Of a stretch of 64,000 bases of DNA, positions 26,803-35,632 are shown in pieces. The notes beneath the pieces are model-generated. The model did no database searches and had not been told where the DNA came from. It worked only from the letters and a program-made list of their open reading frames with translations. This DNA is from Candidatus Sulfomarinibacteraceae bacterium (GTDB lineage Bacteria > Acidobacteriota > Thermoanaerobaculia > Thermoanaerobaculales > Sulfomarinibacteraceae), in NCBI GenBank assembly GCA_963715955.1, contig CAVQSQ010000021.1, positions 673,295 to 737,294 of the forward strand, given 5' to 3'. Position numbers and translations under genes: made by a program. Position 1 is the first letter of the stretch; every line of letters begins with the position of its first letter.

Positions 26803-27585
26803 TCAACGCTTCTGCTCCCGGTTGAGCCGCCACAGGATCTTCAATCCGTGAAGGGTCAGGTCGGGTTCCACGTGGTGGATCATCTTCGAGTGTTTGGCGA
26901 AGGCCCCCGCCAGCCCACCGGTGGCGACCACCGTCGCCTCCCCGAGTTCGTCGAGGATCCGCTTCGTGACTCCTTCGATGAGACCGAGATAGCCGTAGAA
27001 GAGACCTGACTGGATGCTGTCCACCGTCCCCTTTCCGATCACCCGCTCGGGCGGCGCCATGGCAACGCTGGGGAGTTTGGCCGTCTTGAGCGACAACGCT
27101 TCAGCGGTGACCCCAGGTCCCGGGGCAATCGCGCCGCCGAGGTACTCGCCCTTGGCGGACACCACCTCCCAGGTGACGGCCGTTCCGAAGTCGAGCACCA
27201 GGCAGGGTCCACCGTGCTCCGCGAAGGCTGCCACCGCGTCGCACAGACGGTCTGCGCCGAGTTCCTGTGGCGCGTCCACCAACAACGGCATGCCGGTCTC
27301 GATGCCCGGCTCGACGAAGAAGGGTTTGCGGTCGAGGTAGCGCCGCACTCCTTCGTCGAGCCTCGGGTCGATCGGCGGCACCACCGACGAAATCGCGACC
27401 GCCGCAAGATCTCCTGGGTCCACCTTTTCCCAGCGCAGGAGCTGGTGCAGCCACATCCCGACCTCGTCCGCCGTGCGCTCGGCGTGGGTCGTCAGCCGCC
27501 AGTGGGTGCGCAGGTGGTCGCCGTCCAATAGACCGACAACGGTGTTGGTGTTGCCGACATCCAGTGCCAACAGTAGCTCGCCCAT
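26803..27585 (-). CDS. coaX: Type III pantothenate kinase
   Basis: LLALDVGNTNTVVGL, LVLDFGTAVTWEV and GGLA. The ATG at 27585 lies just after the TTG used by the track. Confidence 0.9.
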   Translation of the reverse strand: MGELLLALDVGNTNTVVGLLDGDHLRTHWRLTTHAERTADEVGMWLHQLLRWEKVDPGDLAAVAISSVVPPIDPRLDEGVRRYLDRKPFFVEPGIETGMPLLVDAPQELGADRLCDAVAAFAEHGGPCLVLDFGTAVTWEVVSAKGEYLGGAIAPGPGVTAEALSLKTAKLPSVAMAPPERVIGKGTVDSIQSGLFYGYLGLIEGVTKRILDELGEATVVATGGLAGAFAKHSKMIHHVEPDLTLHGLKILWRLNREQKR

Positions 27586-27816
27586 CAAGCCTCCGGTAGA
27601 GCAACGGTACAGCCCCTCCGGGGGGCTGTCTACTGGGGCGGAGCGGACGACGTCGAGACGGGCGGCCGCAGAACCCGAATGCGACCGGACCGTAGTATCA
27701 TCTGCGAACCGCGAACGAAAGCCGGGAGCGTCTGTGTACCTGAATCAAAACCTGTCCGGGGCCATCCCCACCGGAAATGCAAACCCAATCGACACCAACA
27801 CGGAAGGAGCGAAAGA

Positions 27817-29586
27817 ATGAGTCTTCGGCGTCATCTGACGGTCGCCGGGCTGGCGATGGCGGTGCTGCTCAGCACCCTGACCATCGCGGCCCAGGAGGCA
27901 AAAGTACCCGTCCAGGAGGTTTTTCTGGACAACGGAATGAAGATATTGATGGTCGAACGGCATGAAAGCCCGACGGTTTCAGCCGGCTGGATCACCCACG
28001 TGGGGTCGGTCAACGAGGAGGTCGGAGCCACCGGCATCGCCCACCTCTTCGAACACATGATGTTCAAGGGCAGCCCGACCATCGGAACCTCGAATTATGA
28101 AAAAGAGGCCGAAATCATGGCCCGGCTCGACGAGCTCCGTCTCGAGATGGAGGCCGAGTACGAGGTCATGCGCGAGATGAAACGCAAGGGCGAGATCGAG
28201 GGCAGCATCTACCTGCCCGAGAACCAGACCGAAAAGCTGGCCGAGCTCCGCGCGCGGATGCAGGAGTTTCAGGCCCAGCAGAAAGAGTTCATCGTCAAGG
28301 ACGAGTTCGACCAGATCTACACCGAGGCCGGCGCCTCCGGCATGAATGCCGGCACCAGCAACGACTTCACCATCTACTTCATCACCGTGCCGGCCAACAA
28401 GCTCGAGCTGTGGTTCTGGATGGAGTCCGAACGACTCCTCAACGCGGTCTTCAGGGAGTTCTACACCGAACGCGACGTGGTCCGTGAAGAGCGCCGCATG
28501 CGCACCGAGTCGAACCCGACCGCCAAGTTCGAGGAACAGTTCGACATGATGTTCTGGGGCTCCGTCCCCTACCACCACCCGGTGGTCGGATGGCCCTCCG
28601 ATGTCGAGTCCATTACCAGAGACCAGGCCGAGGAGTTCTTCGCCACCTACTACGCGCCCAACAACATCACGGCCGCTCTCGTGGGCGACTTCGATTCCGA
28701 CGAAGCTCTGGCGCTGGCCAAGAAGTACATGGGCCGCATACCCCGCGGGGAGAACCCGCCGCCGCCCGTGGTCACCGAGGAGATCGAGCAGCTCGCCGAA
28801 CGGCGCATGAAGGCCGAGGCCGACACCAACCCGTCGGTGCAGCTGCGCTGGCACACGGTTCCTTTCGGGAACAACGATTTCTACGCTCTCGAAGTCATGG
28901 ACTCGATCCTCAACGACCGCACCGGAAGGCTCTACAAGAGCCTGGTCGAGGACAAACAGATCGCCACCGGCGAGCCCTATTCGAGCCACAACGCGATGAA
29001 GTACGGGGGTTCCGTCGAGGTCGGCGCCGAACTGGCAGACGGAGTTGATCACCAGACGGTGGAGGACGCGCTGATCTTCGAGGTGAACCGCCTGAAGGAA
29101 GAACCGGTCGGCGAACGCGAGCTGCAGAAGGTCAAGAATCAGACCCTGGCCGATTCCTACCGGCGTCTCCAGTCCGATTTCTTCCTGGTCCTGCAACTCC
29201 TCCTCTACGACGTATGGGAGGACTGGAGCTTCCTCAACGAATCGCCGGCCCGCATCGAGGCGGTGACGGCCGAAGACGTCCAGCGAGTGGCCGATACCTA
29301 TTTCACAGACGAGGGACTGAATGCCCTTTGGTACTTCCGCAAGGAAGGCAGCGAGGAGGACCCCGAGCTGGCCGCACTGTCCGCCCAGGGCAAGGCGATG
29401 GCCAAACAGGCGCTCGCTCAGATCAATCAGGTGACCGATCCCGCCGAGCTCGAACAGGGGCTCGCGCAGATGCAGGCGATGGCCGCCCAGGCGCCGCCGG
29501 AGTACAAGGCCGCCATCGAACTGGTGATCCAAAAGGCCACCGAACGCCTCGAAATGCTCAAGGCGTCGGCCGGAGAGGGGGAGTGA
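27817..29586 (+). CDS. M16 (pitrilysin/insulinase) family zinc peptidase, catalytic subunit
   Basis: The ATG at 27817 follows a GGAAGGAG Shine-Dalgarno sequence and is followed by a signal peptide. HLFEHMMFKGS is the inverted HxxEH zinc motif. The upstream part of track ORF 27679.. is non-coding. Confidence 0.85.
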   Translation: MSLRRHLTVAGLAMAVLLSTLTIAAQEAKVPVQEVFLDNGMKILMVERHESPTVSAGWITHVGSVNEEVGATGIAHLFEHMMFKGSPTIGTSNYEKEAEIMARLDELRLEMEAEYEVMREMKRKGEIEGSIYLPENQTEKLAELRARMQEFQAQQKEFIVKDEFDQIYTEAGASGMNAGTSNDFTIYFITVPANKLELWFWMESERLLNAVFREFYTERDVVREERRMRTESNPTAKFEEQFDMMFWGSVPYHHPVVGWPSDVESITRDQAEEFFATYYAPNNITAALVGDFDSDEALALAKKYMGRIPRGENPPPPVVTEEIEQLAERRMKAEADTNPSVQLRWHTVPFGNNDFYALEVMDSILNDRTGRLYKSLVEDKQIATGEPYSSHNAMKYGGSVEVGAELADGVDHQTVEDALIFEVNRLKEEPVGERELQKVKNQTLADSYRRLQSDFFLVLQLLLYDVWEDWSFLNESPARIEAVTAEDVQRVADTYFTDEGLNALWYFRKEGSEEDPELAALSAQGKAMAKQALAQINQVTDPAELEQGLAQMQAMAAQAPPEYKAAIELVIQKATERLEMLKASAGEGE

Positions 29587-29587
29587 C

Positions 29588-31066
29588 ATGCGCCGCAAGA
29601 TGATTTTTACCGCTACCTTGGCACTGATGGTCGCCGCGGCGACGGTCTCCGCCGCAGATATCCCGGACCGGCCGGAGAAGCTGGTCTATCCGGAACTCAC
29701 GTTCGAGGTGCCGGATGCCGACTCCCTGCGTTTTGAACTGGCGGACGGCACCCCCGTCTACGCCAAACAGGACAGCCAGTTCCCGCTGGTCACCATTTCG
29801 GTCTATTTCCGGGGCGGGCGCTATCTCGAACCCGACGGCAAGGCCGGGTTGGCCGCCATCACCGGTGACGCCTGGCGCTCGGGAGGCGCGGGCGAAAGAA
29901 CCGCTCAAGAACTGGATGAGGAACTCGATTTCCTCGCCGCGAATCTGAGCACCAGTGTCGGCGACGTCACCGGTTCGGTGAGTCTCAACGTGCTCTCCAA
30001 GGACCTCGAGGCGGCCATGGCCATCCTCATGGACGTCCTCACCAAGCCGCGCTTCCAGGAGGACCGCTTCGCCAAGACCAAGGACAACATGCTGCAGGCG
30101 ATGAAGCAGCGCAACGACGACACCGCGGATATCGAGGCAAGAGAGTGGGATCGTCTGATCTACGGCGACGACTACTGGATGAACCGTCTGGCGACCCAGG
30201 CGTCGGTGGATGCGATCACCGCCGCCGATTGCAAGGCCATGGTCGGCTCGCTGATGCGCTCCGGCAATCTCGTGGTCGCGGTGGCCGGGGACTTCCAGCA
30301 GGCCGAAATGGAAGCCCTGCTCAACCGCACCATCGCCACGCTGCCGAAAGTCGAAAACGCGCTGCCGGAAATCCCGCAGCCGCAAGCCACTACCGCAAAA
30401 GGCGTCTACGTCGTCAACAAGCCGGACGTCAACCAGGGCCGGGTGAGCATCGGCAAACTCGGTTACAAACAGGGCTTCCCAGGCCAGTTCCCGCTGATGA
30501 TCGGCAACGACATCCTCGGCGGCGGTGGTTTCACCGCCCGCATGATGAAGACCATCCGGTCCGACGAGGGTCTCGCCTACAGCGCCTATTCCAGCCTCAA
30601 CTTCCCCGCCACCATGCCGGGGACGTTCCAGGCCTACTACCAGTCCAAGTCCTCGACCTGCGCCTACGCAGCGGAGATCTTCTTCGACCTCCTGAAGAGC
30701 ATGCGGACGGCTGCGCCCACCGACGAAGAGGTGCGCACCGCCAAGGCCTCCTTCATCGAGACCTTCCCGCGCCGCTTCGCGAGCGCCGGCCAGGTGGTCG
30801 GTCTGTACGCCTCCGATGAGCTTCTCGGGCGGCCCCACTCGTACTGGACCGAATACCGCGACAATGTGGCGGCGGTGACCGGTGCCGATATCCAGAAGGC
30901 GATGGCCGCCGACCTCGACCCGGAGAAGATGATCATGCTCGTGGTCGGCAACATCGAGGAGATCACCAAGGCCCACCCCGAGCACGATGCAAAACTCACC
31001 GACTTCGGGACGATCACGGAGCTTCCGCTGCGCGACCCGATGACGCTCGAGCCGATCACCGAGTAG
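29588..31066 (+). CDS. M16 family peptidase-like protein lacking HxxEH (non-catalytic partner)
   Basis: Insulinase-fold similarity and a signal peptide, beginning 1 nt after the upstream stop. I see no HxxEH motif. Confidence 0.8.
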   Translation: MRRKMIFTATLALMVAAATVSAADIPDRPEKLVYPELTFEVPDADSLRFELADGTPVYAKQDSQFPLVTISVYFRGGRYLEPDGKAGLAAITGDAWRSGGAGERTAQELDEELDFLAANLSTSVGDVTGSVSLNVLSKDLEAAMAILMDVLTKPRFQEDRFAKTKDNMLQAMKQRNDDTADIEAREWDRLIYGDDYWMNRLATQASVDAITAADCKAMVGSLMRSGNLVVAVAGDFQQAEMEALLNRTIATLPKVENALPEIPQPQATTAKGVYVVNKPDVNQGRVSIGKLGYKQGFPGQFPLMIGNDILGGGGFTARMMKTIRSDEGLAYSAYSSLNFPATMPGTFQAYYQSKSSTCAYAAEIFFDLLKSMRTAAPTDEEVRTAKASFIETFPRRFASAGQVVGLYASDELLGRPHSYWTEYRDNVAAVTGADIQKAMAADLDPEKMIMLVVGNIEEITKAHPEHDAKLTDFGTITELPLRDPMTLEPITE

Positions 31067-31088
31067 ACCTCGAACTGTATCCAACAAC

Positions 31089-31115
31089 CGCCCGGGCTTC
31101 GGCCCGGGCTTTTTT
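31089..31115 (+). terminator. Rho-independent terminator after the M16 pair
   Basis: GCCCGGGC-TTCG-GCCCGGGC followed by TTTTTT. Confidence 0.85.
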
Positions 31116-31128
31116 GTGGATACATGCT

Positions 31129-31195
31129 GCAGGATTCAGGATTCAGGATTCAGGATTCCAGCTTCCTGCGACCTGCATCCTGATACCTGCATCCT
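31129..31195. repeat. Back-to-back inverted heptamer arrays: (CAGGATT)x4, then (CCTGCAT/CCTGATA)x4
   Basis: GCAGGATTCAGGATTCAGGATTCAGGATTCC..CCTGCGACCTGCATCCTGATACCTGCATCCT. Together they form an imperfect long hairpin. Confidence 0.8.
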
Positions 31196-31242
31196 ACTTT
31201 GGTGCTACCGTGTGGCCCGCCGCTCGTGCGGCAGGAGGCACA

Positions 31243-33015
31243 GTGTTTCGAATCCGCAGAGTCTACGACAACATCTTCGCCCACGACCGGGCCGCCATCG
31301 AACAGGTGCAGGCGATCCTGGTCGACCGCTTTCCGGATCTCGACCCCAAAGATGTTGAAAGCCTGCCCGACAAACTCAGATCACCGGTGCGGCACGGTTT
31401 CCGGGCAACCCTCTACGTCGCCGAATCGCAGCGCCACACCGTCAAGGCCTTCGCCGTCATCCACCACGAGACGGAGATCGGCTTTGTGTGGCTGGATTTC
31501 ATCGCCACCCGATCGGGCACCGCCGGCAGCGGTCTCGGCGGCACCCTGTACGAACGCGTGCGAAGGGACGCTCTGGCGGTGGGCGCGTGGGGCGTCCTCT
31601 TCGAGTGTCTGCCCGACGACCCGGCGCTCTGCCCCGATCCCGCCAAGCGACGCCAGAACGCCGCCCGTCTGCGTTTCTACGAGGGTTTCGGCGCCCGCCC
31701 GGTGGTCGGGACCGGCTACGAAACCCCGCTGAGCCCGGACGACGAGGAGCCTCCCTACCTCGTGATGGACGACCTCGGCACCGGCAAGGCGCCGGGACGC
31801 AAGGCCATGCGCGCGGCGGTGAGGGCGATCCTCGAACGAAAGTACAAGAGCTTGTGTCCCCCGGACTACGTGGAAAGCGTCGTCGCATCGATCCGTGACA
31901 ACCCGGTCCGGCTGCGACCGTTCAAGTACCTCAGCGAACCGACGCGCGCCGAGGCAGATCTTCCGCCCGTCCCCCCTCCCGACCGGCGCATCGCCTTGGT
32001 GGTCAACGACCGCCACCTCATCCACCACGTGCGGGAGCAGGGATATGTGGAGTCGCCGGTTCGGATCAAAGCCATCCGGAAGGAGATTGACCAGACGTCG
32101 CTGTTCGAGGAAACCGCGCTGCGCGAGTTTCCCGATCGGCACCTCTTCGAGGTGCACGACCCGGCCTACGTGCGCTATCTGAAACGGGTGTGCGAGCGGG
32201 TCGGCGACGGGAAGGCCGTCTACCCCTACGTCTTTCCTATCCGGAATGCTGCGCGCCCCCCCAAGGAACTCGAGGTCCGGGCCGGCTATTACTGCATCGA
32301 CACTTTCACACCCCTCAACCGCAACTCGTACCTCGCCGCCCGCCGGGCGGTCGACTGTGTACTCACCGCAGCCCACGCGCTGACCACGGGGCGCCGGCTC
32401 GCCTACGCTCTCGTCAGGCCGCCGGGGCACCACGCCGAGCACCGGTCGTTCGGGGGGTTCTGCTACTTCAGCAACGCGGCCATCGCCGCCCAGGAACTTT
32501 CGAAATCCGCCCGCGTCGCGATTCTCGACCTCGACTATCACCACGGCAACGGCCAGCAGGATATCTTCTGGGAACGCGGCGACGTCCTCACGGTGTCGAT
32601 CCACGGGCACCCGAACTTCGCCTATCCCTATTTCTCGGGCTTCGCCGACGAGCGCGGGGCGGGCGACGGCCTGAACGCAAACCGCAACTACCCGCTCGAA
32701 GAACATGTCGACGGCGAGAGGTACCGGCAGGTCCTGGCCAGGGCGCTGCGCAGGATTACGGACCACGGCACCGAGGTGCTCGTGGTTGCCCTCGGTCTGG
32801 ACACCGGGCGCAAGGACCCCACCGGAACATGGGACCTTGTCACGAAAGACTTCGAGGCCAACGGCCGCCTGGTCGGAGGTCTTCACGTGCCGACCCTGGT
32901 CGTTCAGGAGGGCGGTTACCGTGTCCGCAGCCTCGGGAGCAACGCCCGGAGCTTCTTCACCGGGCTCTGGGAAGGGGCGTTCGGGCTCGACGCGCCAGCC
33001 CCGGATCAAAAATAA
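31243..33015 (+). CDS. Fusion protein: N-terminal GNAT-like acetyltransferase domain plus C-terminal histone-deacetylase-family (acetylpolyamine/acetyl-lysine amidohydrolase-like) domain
   Basis: The GTG at 31243 sits 5 nt after GCAGGAGG. The N-terminal half has a GNAT motif-A-like segment (FIATRSGTAGSGLGGTLYERV). The C-terminal half has HDAC hallmarks (RPPGHHAE, DLDYHHGNGQQ, QEGGY). The first 43 codons of track ORF 31114.. are translated repeats. Confidence 0.8.
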   Translation: MFRIRRVYDNIFAHDRAAIEQVQAILVDRFPDLDPKDVESLPDKLRSPVRHGFRATLYVAESQRHTVKAFAVIHHETEIGFVWLDFIATRSGTAGSGLGGTLYERVRRDALAVGAWGVLFECLPDDPALCPDPAKRRQNAARLRFYEGFGARPVVGTGYETPLSPDDEEPPYLVMDDLGTGKAPGRKAMRAAVRAILERKYKSLCPPDYVESVVASIRDNPVRLRPFKYLSEPTRAEADLPPVPPPDRRIALVVNDRHLIHHVREQGYVESPVRIKAIRKEIDQTSLFEETALREFPDRHLFEVHDPAYVRYLKRVCERVGDGKAVYPYVFPIRNAARPPKELEVRAGYYCIDTFTPLNRNSYLAARRAVDCVLTAAHALTTGRRLAYALVRPPGHHAEHRSFGGFCYFSNAAIAAQELSKSARVAILDLDYHHGNGQQDIFWERGDVLTVSIHGHPNFAYPYFSGFADERGAGDGLNANRNYPLEEHVDGERYRQVLARALRRITDHGTEVLVVALGLDTGRKDPTGTWDLVTKDFEANGRLVGGLHVPTLVVQEGGYRVRSLGSNARSFFTGLWEGAFGLDAPAPDQK

Positions 33016-33039
33016 TTTTCGCCTGAGGGCCACAACCTA

Positions 33040-33067
33040 TTGACACCCGGTAAAACGGGCGTAATGT
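33040..33067 (+). promoter_or_regulatory. Sigma-70-like promoter upstream of kamA
   Basis: TTGACA (33040-33045), a 16-nt spacer, then TAATGT (33062-33067). It lies about 320 nt upstream of the kamA ATG. Confidence 0.5.
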
Positions 33068-33386
33068 CGAATTATGAGCGTGAGTTCCTCCGCTGAAGAG
33101 CCTCCAAGTAGGCTCGGGCCGTCTACCGGACACCAGTCCGGGTGGATGGCCCCCGCTTCCCTCGACGGGAAGCGTCCTCCCAGTGACCCCACGGAAGTGC
33201 GTGTCATGAGTTCGCCGCGCCCGCGGCGACGGGAAACACCACCCCAGAGATAACCAGGCCATGTCGACGCGCCCCTCGGGGCTTTTCGTGCGCCAGGCGC
33301 AGCCGGTAGCCGTTCAGATGAGCGGTACCTGCGAGCGCCTTGCCACACCCATCGAGAACCACTGCATGAAAGAGAGGAATCTTCTG

Positions 33387-34550
33387 ATGTCAGCCAGCGG
33401 CCGCGCCGCAACCACAATCAACACCCTCGACGGACGCGAACGTGTCTGCCGGGTATTCGACGAGACCTACGACCCGACGAGTTGGGCCGATTGGCGTTGG
33501 CAGATGCGCCACCGCTTGACCCGCCTCGAGCACCTCGAGGCATATCTCGATCTGACCGACAGCGAACGCACCGGTCTCGCCATGGGAGCCGAACGCTTCG
33601 CAGTCTCAGTGACGCCCCACTTCGCTGCGTTGATGCATCCTACCGATCCGCAATGCCCCATCCGGCGCCAGGTCGTTCCGACCGCCGACGAGTTCGTCGT
33701 CAGCACCGGCGACATGGAGGACCCGTGCGGCGAGGACCACGCCTCCGCGGTCGAAGGGCTGGTTCACCGCTACCCGGACCGGGTGCTGCTGCTGGCTCTC
33801 GACACCTGCGCCGCCTACTGCCGCTACTGCACGCGGTCGCGGCTGGTCAGCCAGGGCGCCCTCGATCCGCTGCCCCGCCGCATGGACGCCATCCTCGAGT
33901 ATCTGCGCGCACACACCGAGGTGCGGGACGTGCTGCTGTCGGGCGGCGATCCGCTGATGATGTCGGATGACCGGCTCGACGCCCTCCTGGGCTCGATCCG
34001 CGAGATCGAGCACATCGAGTTCGTGCGGATCGGCAGCCGCGTTCCCTGCTTCGTCCCGCAGCGCATCACTCCCGAACTGGCCGCCGTGCTGCGGCGCCAC
34101 AGGGTGTGGCTGTCGGTGCACTTCTCTCACCCCTCCGAATTGACTCCCGAGGTCGAGACCGCGTGCGACATCCTGGCCGACGCGGGCATTCCGCTCGGCA
34201 GCCAGACCGTCCTCTTGCGGGGCGTCAACGACGACGCCGGGGTTTTGAAGGATCTCTTCCACGGGCTCCTCAAGATTCGCGTCCGCCCCTACTACCTCTA
34301 CCAGGCCGACCCGGTGGTCGGCACGGCCCACCTCCGCACCTCGATCGGCAAGGGCATCGAGATCATGAGTCAGCTTCGCGGGCACACCAGCGGCTACGCA
34401 GTGCCCACATACGTGGTGGACGCTCCCGGCGGCGGCGGCAAGATCCCGGTCCAGCCCGAAACGGTGATGGGACGCGACGGCGGCACCTGGCAGCTGAAGA
34501 ACTGGGCGGGCGAAATCTTCACCTATATCGACCCGCCGGAAATGGAGTGA
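33387..34550 (+). CDS. kamA: Lysine 2,3-aminomutase (KamA-family radical SAM/PLP enzyme, short AblA-like form)
   Basis: WADWRWQMRHRL, HRYPDRVLLL and CAAYCRYCTRS (CxxxCxxC), then VLLSGGDPL, RPYYLYQADPVVG and YVVDAPGGGGK. The ATG at 33387 follows AGAGAGGA. The track start at 33261 is also possible. Confidence 0.85.
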   Translation: MSASGRAATTINTLDGRERVCRVFDETYDPTSWADWRWQMRHRLTRLEHLEAYLDLTDSERTGLAMGAERFAVSVTPHFAALMHPTDPQCPIRRQVVPTADEFVVSTGDMEDPCGEDHASAVEGLVHRYPDRVLLLALDTCAAYCRYCTRSRLVSQGALDPLPRRMDAILEYLRAHTEVRDVLLSGGDPLMMSDDRLDALLGSIREIEHIEFVRIGSRVPCFVPQRITPELAAVLRRHRVWLSVHFSHPSELTPEVETACDILADAGIPLGSQTVLLRGVNDDAGVLKDLFHGLLKIRVRPYYLYQADPVVGTAHLRTSIGKGIEIMSQLRGHTSGYAVPTYVVDAPGGGGKIPVQPETVMGRDGGTWQLKNWAGEIFTYIDPPEME

Positions 34551-34555
34551 ACCCG

Positions 34556-35632
34556 ATGCATCTTTCGATCGGTCTCTGTTACGACAGTAAAGAGGAGTAC
34601 CTCGCCGCCGGCCACAGCAAGCTCGAGGTGGCCGAGTTCGACGACGAGGGAGTGATCAGCGGGCTCGAGGAGACCCTCTCCGGCCTCGGCCACCGCGTTG
34701 AACGGGTCGGCCGCGGGCGGGCCCTGGCCGCGCGGTTGGTAGCCGGCGACCGTTGGGACCTCGTCTTCAACGTCACCGAAGGCCTTCGCGGCCGCGCCCG
34801 CGAGGCCCAGGTGCCGGCGTTGTGCGAACTGTTCGATCAGCCCTACACGTTCTCTGATCCGGTGACCTGCGGTCTCACCCTCGACAAGTCTCTGGCCAAA
34901 CGCATCGTCCGCGACAAGGGCCTGCCGACACCCGGCTTCATCATCGTGCGGTCGCTGAGCGACATCGATTCGAGGATCAACGGCAACCCGATGTTCGTCA
35001 AACCGCTTGCCGAAGGCAGCTCGAAGGGCGTCGGCGCCTACTCGATCGTCTCCAACCGCAAACAGCTGATCAAGACCTGCACCCGGTTGCTCCCCGACTT
35101 CCCGACCGGCCTGCTGGTCGAGGAGCTCCTCCCCGGCCGCGAGGTCACCGTCGGAGTCCTCGGCAACGGTGTCAACGCCCGCGTCGTTGCCGTCATGGAA
35201 GTGGTCTGGACCAATCGCTCGGAGGTCGAGGCCTACACCCAGCTCAACAAGGACGAATACCTCGACCGGATGGAGTACCGCCTGGTCACCGGCGAGCCCC
35301 TCGCCGACCAGGCGGCGGAGCTGGCGCTGGCGGTCGTCGAGGCGTTGGATTGCCGTGACGCAGCTCGCGTGGACATGCGGTGCGATGCGGCCGGCAGGCT
35401 TTCATTCATCGAGGTCAACCCGCTGCCGGGTCTCCACCCGGTGCGTTCCGACCTGCCGATCATGGCCCGCATGGCGGGTCTCCCCTACCACGACCTCCTC
35501 GGCGAGATCGTCACTGCAGCCAAAGAAAGGTACGAATCCGAAACATGTCCGACATCCTTGTTGCCCACAACGCTGTCGCAGCCGCGGACGACCCGTCGAC
35601 GCGCGACGTCCTCGCCCAAGTCGGTTTCGTAA
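34556..35632 (+). CDS. ATP-grasp ligase, D-alanine--D-alanine ligase-like (copy 1)
   Basis: The ATG at 34556 lies 6 nt after the kamA stop. LDKSLAKRIVRDKGLPTPGF, FVKPLAEGSSKGV, EELLPGREVTVGVLG and FIEVNPLPGL indicate a Ddl-like ATP-grasp fold. The upstream 450 nt of track ORF 34106.. is out of frame inside kamA. Confidence 0.75.
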   Translation: MHLSIGLCYDSKEEYLAAGHSKLEVAEFDDEGVISGLEETLSGLGHRVERVGRGRALAARLVAGDRWDLVFNVTEGLRGRAREAQVPALCELFDQPYTFSDPVTCGLTLDKSLAKRIVRDKGLPTPGFIIVRSLSDIDSRINGNPMFVKPLAEGSSKGVGAYSIVSNRKQLIKTCTRLLPDFPTGLLVEELLPGREVTVGVLGNGVNARVVAVMEVVWTNRSEVEAYTQLNKDEYLDRMEYRLVTGEPLADQAAELALAVVEALDCRDAARVDMRCDAAGRLSFIEVNPLPGLHPVRSDLPIMARMAGLPYHDLLGEIVTAAKERYESETCPTSLLPTTLSQPRTTRRRATSSPKSVS

